Of a stretch of 48,547 nt of DNA, positions 20,235 through 30,058 are shown piece after piece. The translations under genes and the position numbers were made by a program. The stretch is taken from positions 1 through 48,547 of the forward strand of contig JBHIBS010000012.1 in assembly GCA_046759165.1 (NCBI GenBank), written 5' to 3'. Within the stretch, counting starts at the first letter, position 1. Every line of letters starts with the position of its first letter. The notes beneath the pieces were generated by a model. The model ran no database searches. It was given only the letters and a program-made list of their open reading frames with translations, and was not told the DNA's origin. Source of the DNA: a bacterium. GTDB taxonomy: Bacteria > UBA6262 > WVXT01.

Positions 20235-21539
20235 ATGCGCCTTAAAGATATTTCTGTAAGATTCGATTTCTATCTAATTTTAGCCATGATTCTCCTTATT
20301 GCCATTGGCTGCTTAATGATTTATAGTGCAATGTATGGAAGCCCGGCGAAAGCTCCTTTCTATGCAAGACAGGGTCTTTATGCTCTCCTGGGGATGGTAG
20401 TAATAATAGTTGTAATGGGGATAAATTACCAGTTATTCAACCAGTATGGGAAATGGATATACCTATTTTCACTTCTTCTATTGGTTCTAGTTCTATTCTT
20501 CGGTAAGAGTGTGCGTGGTGCGCGGAGTTGGCTTCCTATTGGCAATCTTACGTTTCAGCCAGCGGAGTTCGCCAAGCTCGGTCTAATTATTATGCTCGCT
20601 CACTACTTAAGCAATTACCCTGAGGCGATGAAAAGAATTTCTGGACTGATAGTTCCTTTCTTGTTAACTCTTACCCCTTTCGCACTTATCATGTTGCAAC
20701 CCGACCCTGGTTCGGCTCTGGTCTTTCTGGCGATATTCTTGGTAATGTTATATCTTGGAGGAGCGAGGATAATCTATCTGATATCCTTTATCTCTATGGG
20801 AATTTTAGCTTTGGGGATTCCTCTTCTTTTGGCTCTCGACTCTCAAAATAAGACTTTTCTTTCCAGAATTTTCAGTAACTTTTCGTCCACTTTTGGCTTC
20901 ATAATAATTGTCATGGTAGCTATTGGGTTTCTCTGTTATATCTTATCAAGGCTTAGGTTTCGTGTAAGGGTTAACCATTTTCTCTTCGCTTCCTTAGTCG
21001 TCTGTGGCGGAATTATGCTCTCCTATCCTCTAAAGCTGTTTTTAAAGGAGTATCAGAAGATGAGATTGGTCTGCTTCATTAAACCGAGCATCGACCCATT
21101 GGGTGCTGGATATCAGATAATCCAATCCCAAATCTCCATTGGTTCAGGTGGGTTTCTGGGGAAGGGGCTCTTAGCAGGAACTCAAGGGAAACTGGGCTTT
21201 CTTCCAGCGCAATATACAGATTTCATCTTCTCTCTTCTCTCGGAAGAAATGGGATTCATTGGTGCTGCCTTCTTGATTTTACTCTTCTCTATTTTGCTCT
21301 TGCGGGGAATAAGAATTGCATCCCTGGCAAGGAATCGCTTTGGAATCCTGTTAGCAGGGGGCATTGTTGCCCTCTTCCTTTTTCAGATTACTGTTAATCT
21401 GGGAATGACTATGGGAATTATGCCGGTTACGGGGCTCCCTTTACCTTTTGTCAGCTATGGAGGCTCCGCTCTGATTACTTTCATGGCTGCGGGGGGTATT
21501 CTTTTGAACATTTACAGTCGCCGCTTTATGTATTGGTGA
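20235..21539 (+). CDS. rodA: Rod shape-determining protein RodA (SEDS family)
   Basis: FQPAEFAK, TDFIFS, PVTGLPLPFVSYGGS; follows mrdA. Confidence 0.96.
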   Translation: MRLKDISVRFDFYLILAMILLIAIGCLMIYSAMYGSPAKAPFYARQGLYALLGMVVIIVVMGINYQLFNQYGKWIYLFSLLLLVLVLFFGKSVRGARSWLPIGNLTFQPAEFAKLGLIIMLAHYLSNYPEAMKRISGLIVPFLLTLTPFALIMLQPDPGSALVFLAIFLVMLYLGGARIIYLISFISMGILALGIPLLLALDSQNKTFLSRIFSNFSSTFGFIIIVMVAIGFLCYILSRLRFRVRVNHFLFASLVVCGGIMLSYPLKLFLKEYQKMRLVCFIKPSIDPLGAGYQIIQSQISIGSGGFLGKGLLAGTQGKLGFLPAQYTDFIFSLLSEEMGFIGAAFLILLFSILLLRGIRIASLARNRFGILLAGGIVALFLFQITVNLGMTMGIMPVTGLPLPFVSYGGSALITFMAAGGILLNIYSRRFMYW

Positions 21540-21567
21540 GAAAAAAATTTACTTCTGGAGTTAGAAT

Positions 21568-23247
21568 TTGGAAAGGACTGTGCTGGATGACATTTTACCC
21601 CTTGTTTCTAAACCGGGCAGGTATCTGGGTAATGAGTGGAACGTGGTTCATAAAGATTGGGAAAGCGCCCAGGTAAAAGTTGCTTTATGTTACCCTGATA
21701 TCTATGAACTGGGCATGTCTAACCTGGGATTGCAAATTCTCTATTCTATAATTAACCAGAGGGAAGACTCACTTGCCGAAAGGGTCTATGCACCGGGGTT
21801 AGATATGGAAGAAATATTAAAGGGGAGAGGAATTCCCCTCTTCTCTCTTGAGTCGAAAAAGCCTCTCAAGGATTTCGATATTATTGGTTTTACTTTACAG
21901 CATGAATTATCTTATACCAATATTTTGAATATATTAAATTTGGCAAAGATTCCGCTTCGTTCCCAGAACCGAGATGGAAAATTTCCCTTAATAATAGCGG
22001 GCGGTCCTTCTGCTTCTAATCCTGAACCCTTGGTAGATTTTATTGATGCTTTTGTTCTGGGAGATGGGGAGGGGGTGATAGAGGAGATTATAGAAACTTA
22101 TAAGAAGTATAGGGGAAGTGGGATCCTTAAAGCACTGGCAAAGATTCCCGGGGTCTATGTGCCATCGTTATATGAAGTAAATTATAGAGAAGATGGCACT
22201 ATCGGAGGGATAGATAGGAAGGAAGCCGGAATACCAGAGAGGATAGAGAACAGAGTGGTAGATCTGGAGACCTCTCACTATCCTCTGGCGCCTCTGGTAC
22301 CGTTAATTGATATATCGCAGAATCGGTTGAACTTAGAGGTACAGCGAGGCTGTCCCCACAGTTGCCGTTTCTGTCAAAGCCAAGCGGTATATGGACCCTG
22401 CCGGGTAAGGTCCAAGAAGAGGTTGCTCGAAATTGCTGAAGTCTCCTTGAGATCCACGGGTTATGATGAGATATCTCTGACCTCCCTTTCATCTACCGAT
22501 TATCCTGGAATTGAGGGACTCATTGGCGAATTCTTAGCTCACTATGAAAAGAATCACACTTCCATCTCTTTGCCTTCTTTAAGACCGGATAAGTTTTCCC
22601 TCGATCTGGCAATCCGGATTCAAAAGGTTAGGAAGACGGGATTAACTTTTGCTCCGGAGGCTGGAAGTGAAAGATTACGCAGATTAATTGGTAAGGAAAT
22701 TAGTGATGAAGATTTCGTTTCTGCCATTTCCCAGGCCTATAACGCTGGTTGGAGGCTGGTGAAATTATACTTTATGATTGGTCTACCTACTGAAGAGAAA
22801 GAGGATATTGAGGCGATAATAAAACTGGTAAAAGAACCAAAGAGAAAACACAAGAACTTAAACTTTAACATAACCATTGCTCCATTTGTTCCCAAACCGC
22901 ACACTCCTTTTCAATGGCTCCCAATGGAGAAGCTTACAGAATTGAGAAGGGAAAAGGATTATCTTTCTCGCCGACTTCCCGCGCAGATTAAGGGTCATAC
23001 TGTGGAATCCTCTTTCTTAGAAGCTGTCTTCAGCCGGGGAGATAGGAGACTGGGCATGGTTCTGGAAAAAGCTTGGGAAATGGGTTGTGAATTTGATCAA
23101 TGGAAAGAACATTTTCGTTTCAATATCTGGGAGGAAGCTTTCTCTCATTGTTCTGTTGACCCGGAGTTCTATGTCTATCGAAAGAGAGACCTTGGGGAAA
23201 TACTGCCTTGGAGCCATCTCATTTACGATAGAAGTAGACTCCGTTAG
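21568..23247 (+). CDS. TIGR03960-like radical SAM protein
   Basis: KPGRYLGNE, YPDIYELGMSNLG, RGCPHSCRFCQ, FVPKPHTPFQW. Confidence 0.85.
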   Translation: MERTVLDDILPLVSKPGRYLGNEWNVVHKDWESAQVKVALCYPDIYELGMSNLGLQILYSIINQREDSLAERVYAPGLDMEEILKGRGIPLFSLESKKPLKDFDIIGFTLQHELSYTNILNILNLAKIPLRSQNRDGKFPLIIAGGPSASNPEPLVDFIDAFVLGDGEGVIEEIIETYKKYRGSGILKALAKIPGVYVPSLYEVNYREDGTIGGIDRKEAGIPERIENRVVDLETSHYPLAPLVPLIDISQNRLNLEVQRGCPHSCRFCQSQAVYGPCRVRSKKRLLEIAEVSLRSTGYDEISLTSLSSTDYPGIEGLIGEFLAHYEKNHTSISLPSLRPDKFSLDLAIRIQKVRKTGLTFAPEAGSERLRRLIGKEISDEDFVSAISQAYNAGWRLVKLYFMIGLPTEEKEDIEAIIKLVKEPKRKHKNLNFNITIAPFVPKPHTPFQWLPMEKLTELRREKDYLSRRLPAQIKGHTVESSFLEAVFSRGDRRLGMVLEKAWEMGCEFDQWKEHFRFNIWEEAFSHCSVDPEFYVYRKRDLGEILPWSHLIYDRSRLR

Positions 23248-23268
23248 AAATGGAATTTCTAATGGGGT
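23238..23268. repeat. Short palindromic repeat (TTAGAAA/TTTCTAA family), copy 3
   Basis: ACTCCGTTAGAAAT-GGA-ATTTCTAATGGGGT; contains the TAG stop of the upstream gene. Confidence 0.8.
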
Positions 23269-23321
23269 AAAGAATCTTTGATGAAAGACACCATTTTGGA
23301 CAATGCCCGCAAAAGCGCATA

Positions 23322-23990
23322 ATGGATAGTGTTCAAAGAGTCAGAATAGAATATAGCAAGAAGGAGCCCATACGCTATATTGGACATCTGGACTTAATGC
23401 ATACGTTCTTTCATGCCCTCAAAAGAGCTAATTTACCTGTGAGTTATACTCAGGGATTTAATCCTCGAATTAAGTGCTCTTTTTCACCTGCCCTCACTTT
23501 GGGATTCGAAAGTGAAGCTGAATATATAGAACTATATCTGGATAAGAAAATCGATATTGCCAGTTCGATAGATAACATACAGAAAAATTTGCCCGAAGGT
23601 CTGACTGTTCACGATATGAAAAGACTTCCCTTGTTCGGTAAATCCAGTAATGGAAAGATAAGAGGGGTTGCATATAGAATTAACCTCCACCAATTTTCTG
23701 GGAAGTCCACAGTTTCTGCTCCAGCAAGTAAGAAAGAAATAGAAGAAAGGATAAGGAATCTTCTGGATAGAGGAGAGATCTTCGTTACAGATAAGAGGGG
23801 GAGGAGAGTAAATGTCCGCCCTCTAATTTTGAGTATAGAAGTGGATAGAGACTGGAGCATCAGACTCTTGCTGAAGACAAGAGGAGGATTCAATCTCAAT
23901 CCCAGAATAATAATCAAGACACTTCTGGGAGTTGAGGAGGAGAAGTTAGCTTTTGTCGAGTTTACCAGAGAGAAATTCTTATTCTGGTAA
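23322..23990 (+). CDS. Radical SAM-linked protein (TIGR03936/DUF2344-like)
   Basis: RYIGHLDL...RANLPVSYTQGFNPR; usual neighbour of the upstream radical SAM gene. Confidence 0.85.
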   Translation: MDSVQRVRIEYSKKEPIRYIGHLDLMHTFFHALKRANLPVSYTQGFNPRIKCSFSPALTLGFESEAEYIELYLDKKIDIASSIDNIQKNLPEGLTVHDMKRLPLFGKSSNGKIRGVAYRINLHQFSGKSTVSAPASKKEIEERIRNLLDRGEIFVTDKRGRRVNVRPLILSIEVDRDWSIRLLLKTRGGFNLNPRIIIKTLLGVEEEKLAFVEFTREKFLFW

Positions 23991-24013
23991 AAACCTGTCA
24001 AGGAGAAAATTCT

Positions 24014-25420
24014 GTGAGAAGGGAAATATTAGTTGAGGTAGCTGAAGATGAAGTGAGAATTGCTCTGGTTGAAGATGGCCATCTCGTCGAGTTATTTATT
24101 GAGAGAACAGAGGAGAAGAGTATAGCAGGAAATATCTATCAGGGCAGAGTTGTGAACGTTCTTAAAGGACTTAGGTCTGCCTTTCTGGATTTAGGATTGG
24201 AAAAGAATGCTTTTCTCCCCTTAGTAGATCTTCCACCGGATAAGAGACAGATAAAGAAGGGCGATCGTTTATTGGTTCAGATAATAAGTGAGCCGATTGG
24301 AAATAAAGGGGCTAAGGCCACAGCCAAGATAAGCCTTCCCGGAAGGTATCTTGTGTTCATGCCCAATGTGGAGCATATCGGGATATCAAAGAAAATCCTC
24401 GATGATGAGGAACGGAGGAGATTAAGAGGAATAATTAAGGAGATTACTCCGCCAGGAGCAGGATTCGTTGTTCGCACAGAAGCCAGCGGTCATCATGAGA
24501 AGGATTTGATTCGCGAATGTAAGTATCTTTTGAATTTGTGGCAGATGATAAACAGAGAGAAAGAAGCAATTGGCGAGGGGTATCTTGTTCACAAGGCATT
24601 TGGTCTAATCTTTTATGTAGTGCGAGAACTATTTACTGAGGAAGTAGACCGTCTAATCATAAATTCCCGGGCGGAGTATAAACAAGTGAGAAGTTATGTG
24701 AAGATGATGGATCCTCATCTTCTGAGGAAGCTAGGTCTCTATAAGAAGGAATCACCACTTTTTGAGGTGCACAATTTGGAAAGTCAAATGTCCAAAGTGA
24801 AAGACCAGAAAATTCTATTGCCTTGCGGAGGATCCATTATCATTGAGCAAGGGGAGGCTTTGACTGCGATTGACGTCAACACAGGCAGGTTCGCCGGGGG
24901 GAAAAGTCCGGAAGAGACAGCCTTCCTCACCAATTGCCAGGCAGCTGAGGAGATTATGCGTCAGGTACGCCTTAGGAACATTGGGGGACTGATCATTATA
25001 GACTTCATTGAGATGAAACAGAAAAAATACAGAGACAAAGTTATGAATATTCTACGCCAACAGTCTCTAAGGGATAGAGCGAAGATGGATTTGCTACCCA
25101 TTACCAAGCTGGGACTGGTGGAAATGAGCCGTCAGAGGAGAAGGGAAAGCATCATTAATACACTTTGTCAACCCTGCCCTTACTGTGAAGGCAGCGGATT
25201 GGTATTTTCAGAAAAGACTATGTTTATAAAGATCAAGAAAGAAATTTTAAGGACTGCAACCCAAACAGAGAATAAATATCTTAATATCTTTATGAATCCC
25301 AGAATTGCCCCCCTGTTTGATGGGAAGAGAGTAGAGTACATTTCTAAAATAACTGGTAAGAGGATAAGAATCAGACCCGATTATAAGCTACACATGGAGG
25401 AGTTCAAGATCACCCCGTAG
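24014..25420 (+). CDS. rng: Ribonuclease E/G family endoribonuclease
   Basis: GNIYQGRV, AIDVNTG, RLRNIGGLIIIDFIEM, CPYCEG. Confidence 0.93.
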   Translation: MRREILVEVAEDEVRIALVEDGHLVELFIERTEEKSIAGNIYQGRVVNVLKGLRSAFLDLGLEKNAFLPLVDLPPDKRQIKKGDRLLVQIISEPIGNKGAKATAKISLPGRYLVFMPNVEHIGISKKILDDEERRRLRGIIKEITPPGAGFVVRTEASGHHEKDLIRECKYLLNLWQMINREKEAIGEGYLVHKAFGLIFYVVRELFTEEVDRLIINSRAEYKQVRSYVKMMDPHLLRKLGLYKKESPLFEVHNLESQMSKVKDQKILLPCGGSIIIEQGEALTAIDVNTGRFAGGKSPEETAFLTNCQAAEEIMRQVRLRNIGGLIIIDFIEMKQKKYRDKVMNILRQQSLRDRAKMDLLPITKLGLVEMSRQRRRESIINTLCQPCPYCEGSGLVFSEKTMFIKIKKEILRTATQTENKYLNIFMNPRIAPLFDGKRVEYISKITGKRIRIRPDYKLHMEEFKITP

Positions 25421-26837
25421 AAACGATTTTTTTGTTTCCGGCAGTGAGCTTGCCACTTTTCTCCCTCTTCCTTTCTTCCCAGAGAGGGTCATAGATACTG
25501 TGAATTTCCCGACTATAGGAATTGAGACCCTCGGCAATCTCCCCTCTCAGTAACCCATCTCCGTCGTCTGTAGCTCTGGCACCATAGCTATTAACCAGTT
25601 TTCTTAGCACCCATGGCTGGTCGATAATCATACAGGGCGTCAGGAGGTTATCGCTGTAGGAATGTGCAGCCTTTCCAGCTTGTTGCATTCTCCTTATGGC
25701 TTTAAAGAAAGGCGAGTTCATTACTTCCCAGAGAGTTTTGCCGTGAATGTTATCCACAGCAAAATGGACAAAAGCACAGGGTTCTACATCTCCTTTATTG
25801 TTAATATGCAGGAATAACCTTCCGGCAATGCAACCTTCCACGTGTGGTCCGTCGTTCCAGAAATCTCCTATAAAGATCTCCTTAGTATCTCTCCACTTAG
25901 TCACCTTTTGTCTCAATCTATTTCTCTGTTGGGGTGTGGGCATCATTTCCAGATCTGGTTCCTTTCCTATGGGAACGTACTGAAAGTACCAGCCAAGATA
26001 ACAACCTTTTTCTACCATAAGCTCAACGAACTCATCGCTAGTGAGCACATCTGCATTCTGCCGTGTCATTGTGGCCGAAAAACCGAAAATACATCCTTCC
26101 TCGCTCAAATTATCCATTGCTTCCATAATTTTCTTCCAGACACCTTTGCCCCGACGGCTCTCGGTCTCTTTTTCGAAGCCTTCCACACTGAGATTTACCT
26201 CGACATTTCCTAAATCTGCCAGCCTCCTGGCTGTTTTTCTATCTATGAGTGTCCCGTTGGAATAGACTTGGAAATACGCATCATCGTGCTTTTCGTATAT
26301 ATAGAACATATCTTTTCGCAAAAACATTTCTCCTCCCTGCGTTGTGATAAAATATATCCCCAGATCTTTAGCCTCTAAAATTATTCTATCTATGGTTTCG
26401 AAGGGGAGGTCGTTTTCTGTTGAGTATTCTCGCGTGGAGCATCCCGCACAATTTAAGTTACAGCGCATAGTGGGGCTCAAAACTAAGAAGAAGGGAGGTC
26501 TGACCCCCTCTCTTAATTCTATCTCCTCTCTTTTCCCACTTCCCACAAGGATATTATTAATAAAGAAATTCTCGACGAGCTTGTTTACACATTTTTTGTT
26601 TGGACGGGAAAGTAACTTCTTACCCACTTCTATAGACGGATGGCCTGATTCAAAAATTTTTATTAAATTTCCGATTTTCTTTTTATTATCCAAGTCTCTT
26701 GGCAACTTCCGTGCCAATCGAAGCATGGTGACCAGATTCCTGTCGGAGGCCTTTGGCACTAGCTTGAGGATCCTTCTTATAAGTTCTTTTTGACTATAGC
26801 TTTTAATTTTTCTTTTTGTCTGTTCAAGGATATACAT
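25410..26837 (-). CDS. Radical SAM protein with SPASM/twitch domain, paralog 1
   Basis: SPTMRCNLNCAGC; DFWNDGPHVEGCIAG...HINNKGDVEPCAFVH; PCMIID; clear paralog of 31016-32458. Confidence 0.9.
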   Translation of the reverse strand: MYILEQTKRKIKSYSQKELIRRILKLVPKASDRNLVTMLRLARKLPRDLDNKKKIGNLIKIFESGHPSIEVGKKLLSRPNKKCVNKLVENFFINNILVGSGKREEIELREGVRPPFFLVLSPTMRCNLNCAGCSTREYSTENDLPFETIDRIILEAKDLGIYFITTQGGEMFLRKDMFYIYEKHDDAYFQVYSNGTLIDRKTARRLADLGNVEVNLSVEGFEKETESRRGKGVWKKIMEAMDNLSEEGCIFGFSATMTRQNADVLTSDEFVELMVEKGCYLGWYFQYVPIGKEPDLEMMPTPQQRNRLRQKVTKWRDTKEIFIGDFWNDGPHVEGCIAGRLFLHINNKGDVEPCAFVHFAVDNIHGKTLWEVMNSPFFKAIRRMQQAGKAAHSYSDNLLTPCMIIDQPWVLRKLVNSYGARATDDGDGLLRGEIAEGLNSYSREIHSIYDPLWEERKREKSGKLTAGNKKIVSTG

Positions 26838-26877
26838 CAATATCCCTTATCTGACCATATCTCATTTTCGTTGAGAG

Positions 26878-26898
26878 ATATTTCGTAGAACGAAATAT
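26878..26898. promoter_or_regulatory. Operator-like palindrome
   Basis: Perfect ATATTTCGT-AGA-ACGAAATAT just downstream of the - strand -10 box. Confidence 0.75.
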
Positions 26899-26906
26899 TC
26901 AATTGT

Positions 26907-26934
26907 ATTATAACTTAGTCAAGCAATTTGTCAA
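26907..26934 (-). promoter_or_regulatory. Sigma70-type promoter for radical SAM paralog 1
   Basis: - strand TTGACA-N16-TATAAT. Confidence 0.8.
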
Positions 26935-26975
26935 GAAAAAATTGGAGCTTTTTTCGTTATATTGTGTAGTAGCGC

Positions 26976-27004
26976 TTGACAAAAAGGAAATAAATATATA
27001 AAAT
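26976..27004 (+). promoter_or_regulatory. Sigma70-type promoter for rplU-rpmA-obg
   Basis: TTGACA-N17-TAAAAT. Confidence 0.75.
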
Positions 27005-27032
27005 TTACATAAATTTCATCTGGGGCGTAGTT

Positions 27033-27347
27033 ATGTATGCGGTAATCGAGACTGGTGGGAAACAGTATAAGGTGGAAGAAGGGTCGGTGGTGAGTATTGA
27101 GAAGATTAGTAAAAAACCTGGAGATATTATCGAATTGAGCAATATCCTCCTATTGGTAAATGGTGAAAGAGTAGAGGTAGGAAGACCCTACCTTGATAAA
27201 GGAACGGTATTAGTAGAAGTCAAAAGACATGTTAAGGGAAAGAAAATTATAGTTTTTAAGAAACGGCGGCGGAAAGACTATAAGAAAACACTCGGACACA
27301 GACAACAACATACGGAAGTAAAAATAAAAGAGATAAAGATAGTCTGA
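27033..27347 (+). CDS. rplU: 50S ribosomal protein L21
   Basis: MYAVIETGGKQYKV, GHRQ. Confidence 0.99.
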   Translation: MYAVIETGGKQYKVEEGSVVSIEKISKKPGDIIELSNILLLVNGERVEVGRPYLDKGTVLVEVKRHVKGKKIIVFKKRRRKDYKKTLGHRQQHTEVKIKEIKIV

Positions 27348-27368
27348 CTTCAAAAGGTGGTGGATTTT

Positions 27369-27620
27369 ATGGCTCACAAGAAAGGACAAGGTTCCACAGG
27401 AAACGGCCGAGATAGTGCAGGACGGAGATTGGGAGTGAAAGCTTGTGCCGGTGAATTTGTATCGGCAGGTAGTGTCTTAATTCGTCAAAGAGGTACGAAA
27501 TTCTATCCGGGAATTAATGTAAGCAGGGGAGGTGATGATACCCTGTTTGCTTTGATTTCGGGGCGGGTTAGTTTTGAGCATTTTGGCAAGAGAAGGAGAC
27601 GGGTCAGCGTTTACCAGTAG
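27369..27620 (+). CDS. rpmA: 50S ribosomal protein L27
   Basis: [22 protein letters not shown]. Confidence 0.99.
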   Translation: MAHKKGQGSTGNGRDSAGRRLGVKACAGEFVSAGSVLIRQRGTKFYPGINVSRGGDDTLFALISGRVSFEHFGKRRRRVSVYQ

Positions 27621-27668
27621 AGAATCTTGAGAGACCGGAAGTAATCTCGGTCTTCAGGAAAGGCTTGT

Positions 27669-28649
27669 ATGTTCGTTGATCAGGCTAAAATATTTGTGCA
27701 AGCCGGAAATGGGGGCAATGGCTGTGTCTCCTTTCGACGCGAGAAGTTTATTCCTCGTGGCGGTCCAGACGGAGGGGATGGTGGGAAGGGTGGCAACGTC
27801 CTTATTGTAGCATCTTCCGGCATGAAGACTCTCCTCGATTTCTCTCGCCAGCCCCATTATCGAGCCCAAAATGGGGCACACGGGTCAGGAAACAATCGTT
27901 CCGGGAAGGCGGGATCAGATCTGATTTTAAAGGTACCTTGGGGAACCCTTGTCTACAAGGGAGAGGAAGTAATCTGTGACTTAGTGAATGAAGGACAGAG
28001 TGTCATTGTGGCACGTGGCGGTCGGGGTGGAAGGGGCAATGCGAAGTTCAAGTCGCCCTCGGAGCCTCTCCCACGCTTTGCCAAAGAAGGTGAGGTTGGA
28101 GAGAGTGCTACTTTAAGATTGGAATTGAAGTTGATTGCCCAGGTGGGCCTTCTCGGCTATCCCAATGCCGGAAAGTCAACTCTTCTCTCAGCTATTTCCA
28201 GTGCCCGTCCAAAGATTGCCGATTATCCCTTCACTACTTTAGTGCCAAACCTGGGACTATTACGGCTTGGCGAGGGCGAGAGTTTCGCAGTGGCAGACAT
28301 TCCGGGACTAATTGCTGATGCCCATAAAGGTAAAGGTTTGGGTGACCAATTCCTGCGCCATATCGAAAGGACTGAAGTTTTGGTTCATCTGGTTGATATT
28401 CAGGGCTATGAAGGAGCGAGTCCTTTTGATAATTATATGGCAATTAATGCAGAATTGAAAGCTTTCAATCCCAAACTATTGAAGAAGCCGCAGATAATCG
28501 TTGTTAATAAAATGGACATTCCCTCCGCATCAACCAAATTAAGGACTTTTCGTTCCAGGATTAGAAAGAAGGTCTATCCCATTTCAGCCCTTACCAGGGA
28601 AGGCATAAAAGAACTACTTCATGCGATTAGGAGAAGATTGAAAAAGTGA
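27669..28649 (+). CDS. obg: GTPase Obg (short form)
   Basis: FRREKFIPRGGPDGGDGG, GYPNAGKST, YPFTTL, DIPG, NKMD. Confidence 0.98.
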   Translation: MFVDQAKIFVQAGNGGNGCVSFRREKFIPRGGPDGGDGGKGGNVLIVASSGMKTLLDFSRQPHYRAQNGAHGSGNNRSGKAGSDLILKVPWGTLVYKGEEVICDLVNEGQSVIVARGGRGGRGNAKFKSPSEPLPRFAKEGEVGESATLRLELKLIAQVGLLGYPNAGKSTLLSAISSARPKIADYPFTTLVPNLGLLRLGEGESFAVADIPGLIADAHKGKGLGDQFLRHIERTEVLVHLVDIQGYEGASPFDNYMAINAELKAFNPKLLKKPQIIVVNKMDIPSASTKLRTFRSRIRKKVYPISALTREGIKELLHAIRRRLKK

Positions 28650-29746
28650 AGAAGAGAATAGTGATAAAGATTGGCACCACTGTTTTAACCAAACCTTCCG
28701 GGGTTATCAATGAGGTCACTATAAAGAGGATTGTGGACGATGTGGCGGAACTCCTCAACTCAGGTGCGGAGGCAATCATTGTGACTTCTGGTGCAATTGG
28801 CGCGGGCCTGGGGAGGTTGAAATTGCAGGGCCGCTCCATCCGCGAAAAACAGGCACTGGCCAGTATTGGACAGGGCCATCTCATGAGTATATACGAGAAA
28901 TTTTTCAGGAAGCATAATCGCCTGGTGGCTCAGGTTCTATTGACCAGCGACGACCTCGCCCAGCGGCAGAGGTATCTCAATGCCAGAAATACTCTGTTGA
29001 CGCTTCTCGGCCTGGGTGTGGTTCCTGTGGTAAATGAGAACGATACAGTTGCTGTGGAGGAAATTAAATTTGGAGATAATGACAGGCTTTCAGCACTGGT
29101 GGCCAGTAAGGTGGAGGCTGATCAGTTGCTGATTTTGACCGATGTCGATGGCTTCTTTTCTGCAGATCCCCGGGCAGAAAGGAAAGTGAAATTAATAAAG
29201 GAAGTGGAATCGATTACACCCGAGCTGGAGGAGAAGGCTAGTGGGAGGGGAAGCCAGAGAGGAACTGGGGGAATGGTAACGAAGCTTGAGGCAGCCAAAA
29301 TTGCCACTGCCAGCGGCATTACAATGTATGTGGCAAATGGTAATAGAAAAGAAGTCCTCAAAAAGATCTGGAATGGGGAAAACCCGGGAACAAAATTTCT
29401 ACCTGCAAAGGAGAAAATAGTATCCCGTAAACGCTGGATAGCTTTTGATACTAAAATGGAAGGGAAGATTGCTGTTGACGAGGGAGCCAGGGATGCGCTC
29501 CTGAGAAGAGGGAAGAGTTTGCTGCCTTCGGGGATTAGTTCGGTAGAAGGTAGATTTAATCCGGGAGCCTGTGTGGCCGTAGTGGATATGGAAGGAAAGG
29601 AATTCGCTCGTGGATTGACTTCCTATTCATCTGATGAGATAGAAAAAATCAAAGGGAAGAAGTCCTCCCAGATAGAGAAAACTCTCGGCTATAAGGATTA
29701 CGATGAGGTGATACATAGGGATAACCTGGTTGTCTTAAGAGAGTAG
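28646..29746 (+). CDS. proB: Glutamate 5-kinase with PUA domain
   Basis: VIKIG, NENDTVAVEEIKFGDNDRLSA, GTGGMVTK. Confidence 0.97.
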   Translation: MKKRIVIKIGTTVLTKPSGVINEVTIKRIVDDVAELLNSGAEAIIVTSGAIGAGLGRLKLQGRSIREKQALASIGQGHLMSIYEKFFRKHNRLVAQVLLTSDDLAQRQRYLNARNTLLTLLGLGVVPVVNENDTVAVEEIKFGDNDRLSALVASKVEADQLLILTDVDGFFSADPRAERKVKLIKEVESITPELEEKASGRGSQRGTGGMVTKLEAAKIATASGITMYVANGNRKEVLKKIWNGENPGTKFLPAKEKIVSRKRWIAFDTKMEGKIAVDEGARDALLRRGKSLLPSGISSVEGRFNPGACVAVVDMEGKEFARGLTSYSSDEIEKIKGKKSSQIEKTLGYKDYDEVIHRDNLVVLRE

Positions 29747-29771
29747 TATGGGATCTTCAGTGCCAAATATC

Positions 29772-29969
29772 CTTTTTGGCGGAAGGGCAGTTTGTTCGTC
29801 TCTGGCAATTTTTTAACGCTGCGGAAGCCATCTCTCCTCAGGCGCAAAAGCACACTCGTTCCGACTATATCGGAACTCGGACGAGCTTTTGCTTAATTAG
29901 AGATATAGCCCAGATGGTTTCTTCGCTAAAAATTGCAATGTTTCTCACAAACTGCGCCTTAGCCCAAAG
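29772..29969 (+). repeat. Long multi-helix element, probable divergent member (D) of the structured repeat family
   Basis: Helices GCAGTTTGT/ACAAACTGC, GCAATTTTT/AAAAATTGC, GCGGAAGCCATCT/AGATGGTTTCTTCGC, GCAAAAGC/GCTTTTGC, TTCCGA/TCGGAA; shares junction motifs with copies A and B. Confidence 0.65.
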
Positions 29970-29998
29970 TTGTGGAGGGAAAAAGGGTCCAATTTTTG

Positions 29999-30027
29999 TT
30001 GACAAACCCTTGAAGATAAAGTACAAT
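29999..30027 (+). promoter_or_regulatory. Sigma70-type promoter for marR
   Basis: TTGACA-N17-TACAAT. Confidence 0.75.
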
Positions 30028-30058
30028 TAAATAAATTCGCTTGCTGAAGGTGAAATTT

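Noticed and set aside
29776-30030. 84-aa ORF before marR
   Set aside because: Spans the palindromic element and the marR promoter; no recognisable protein features
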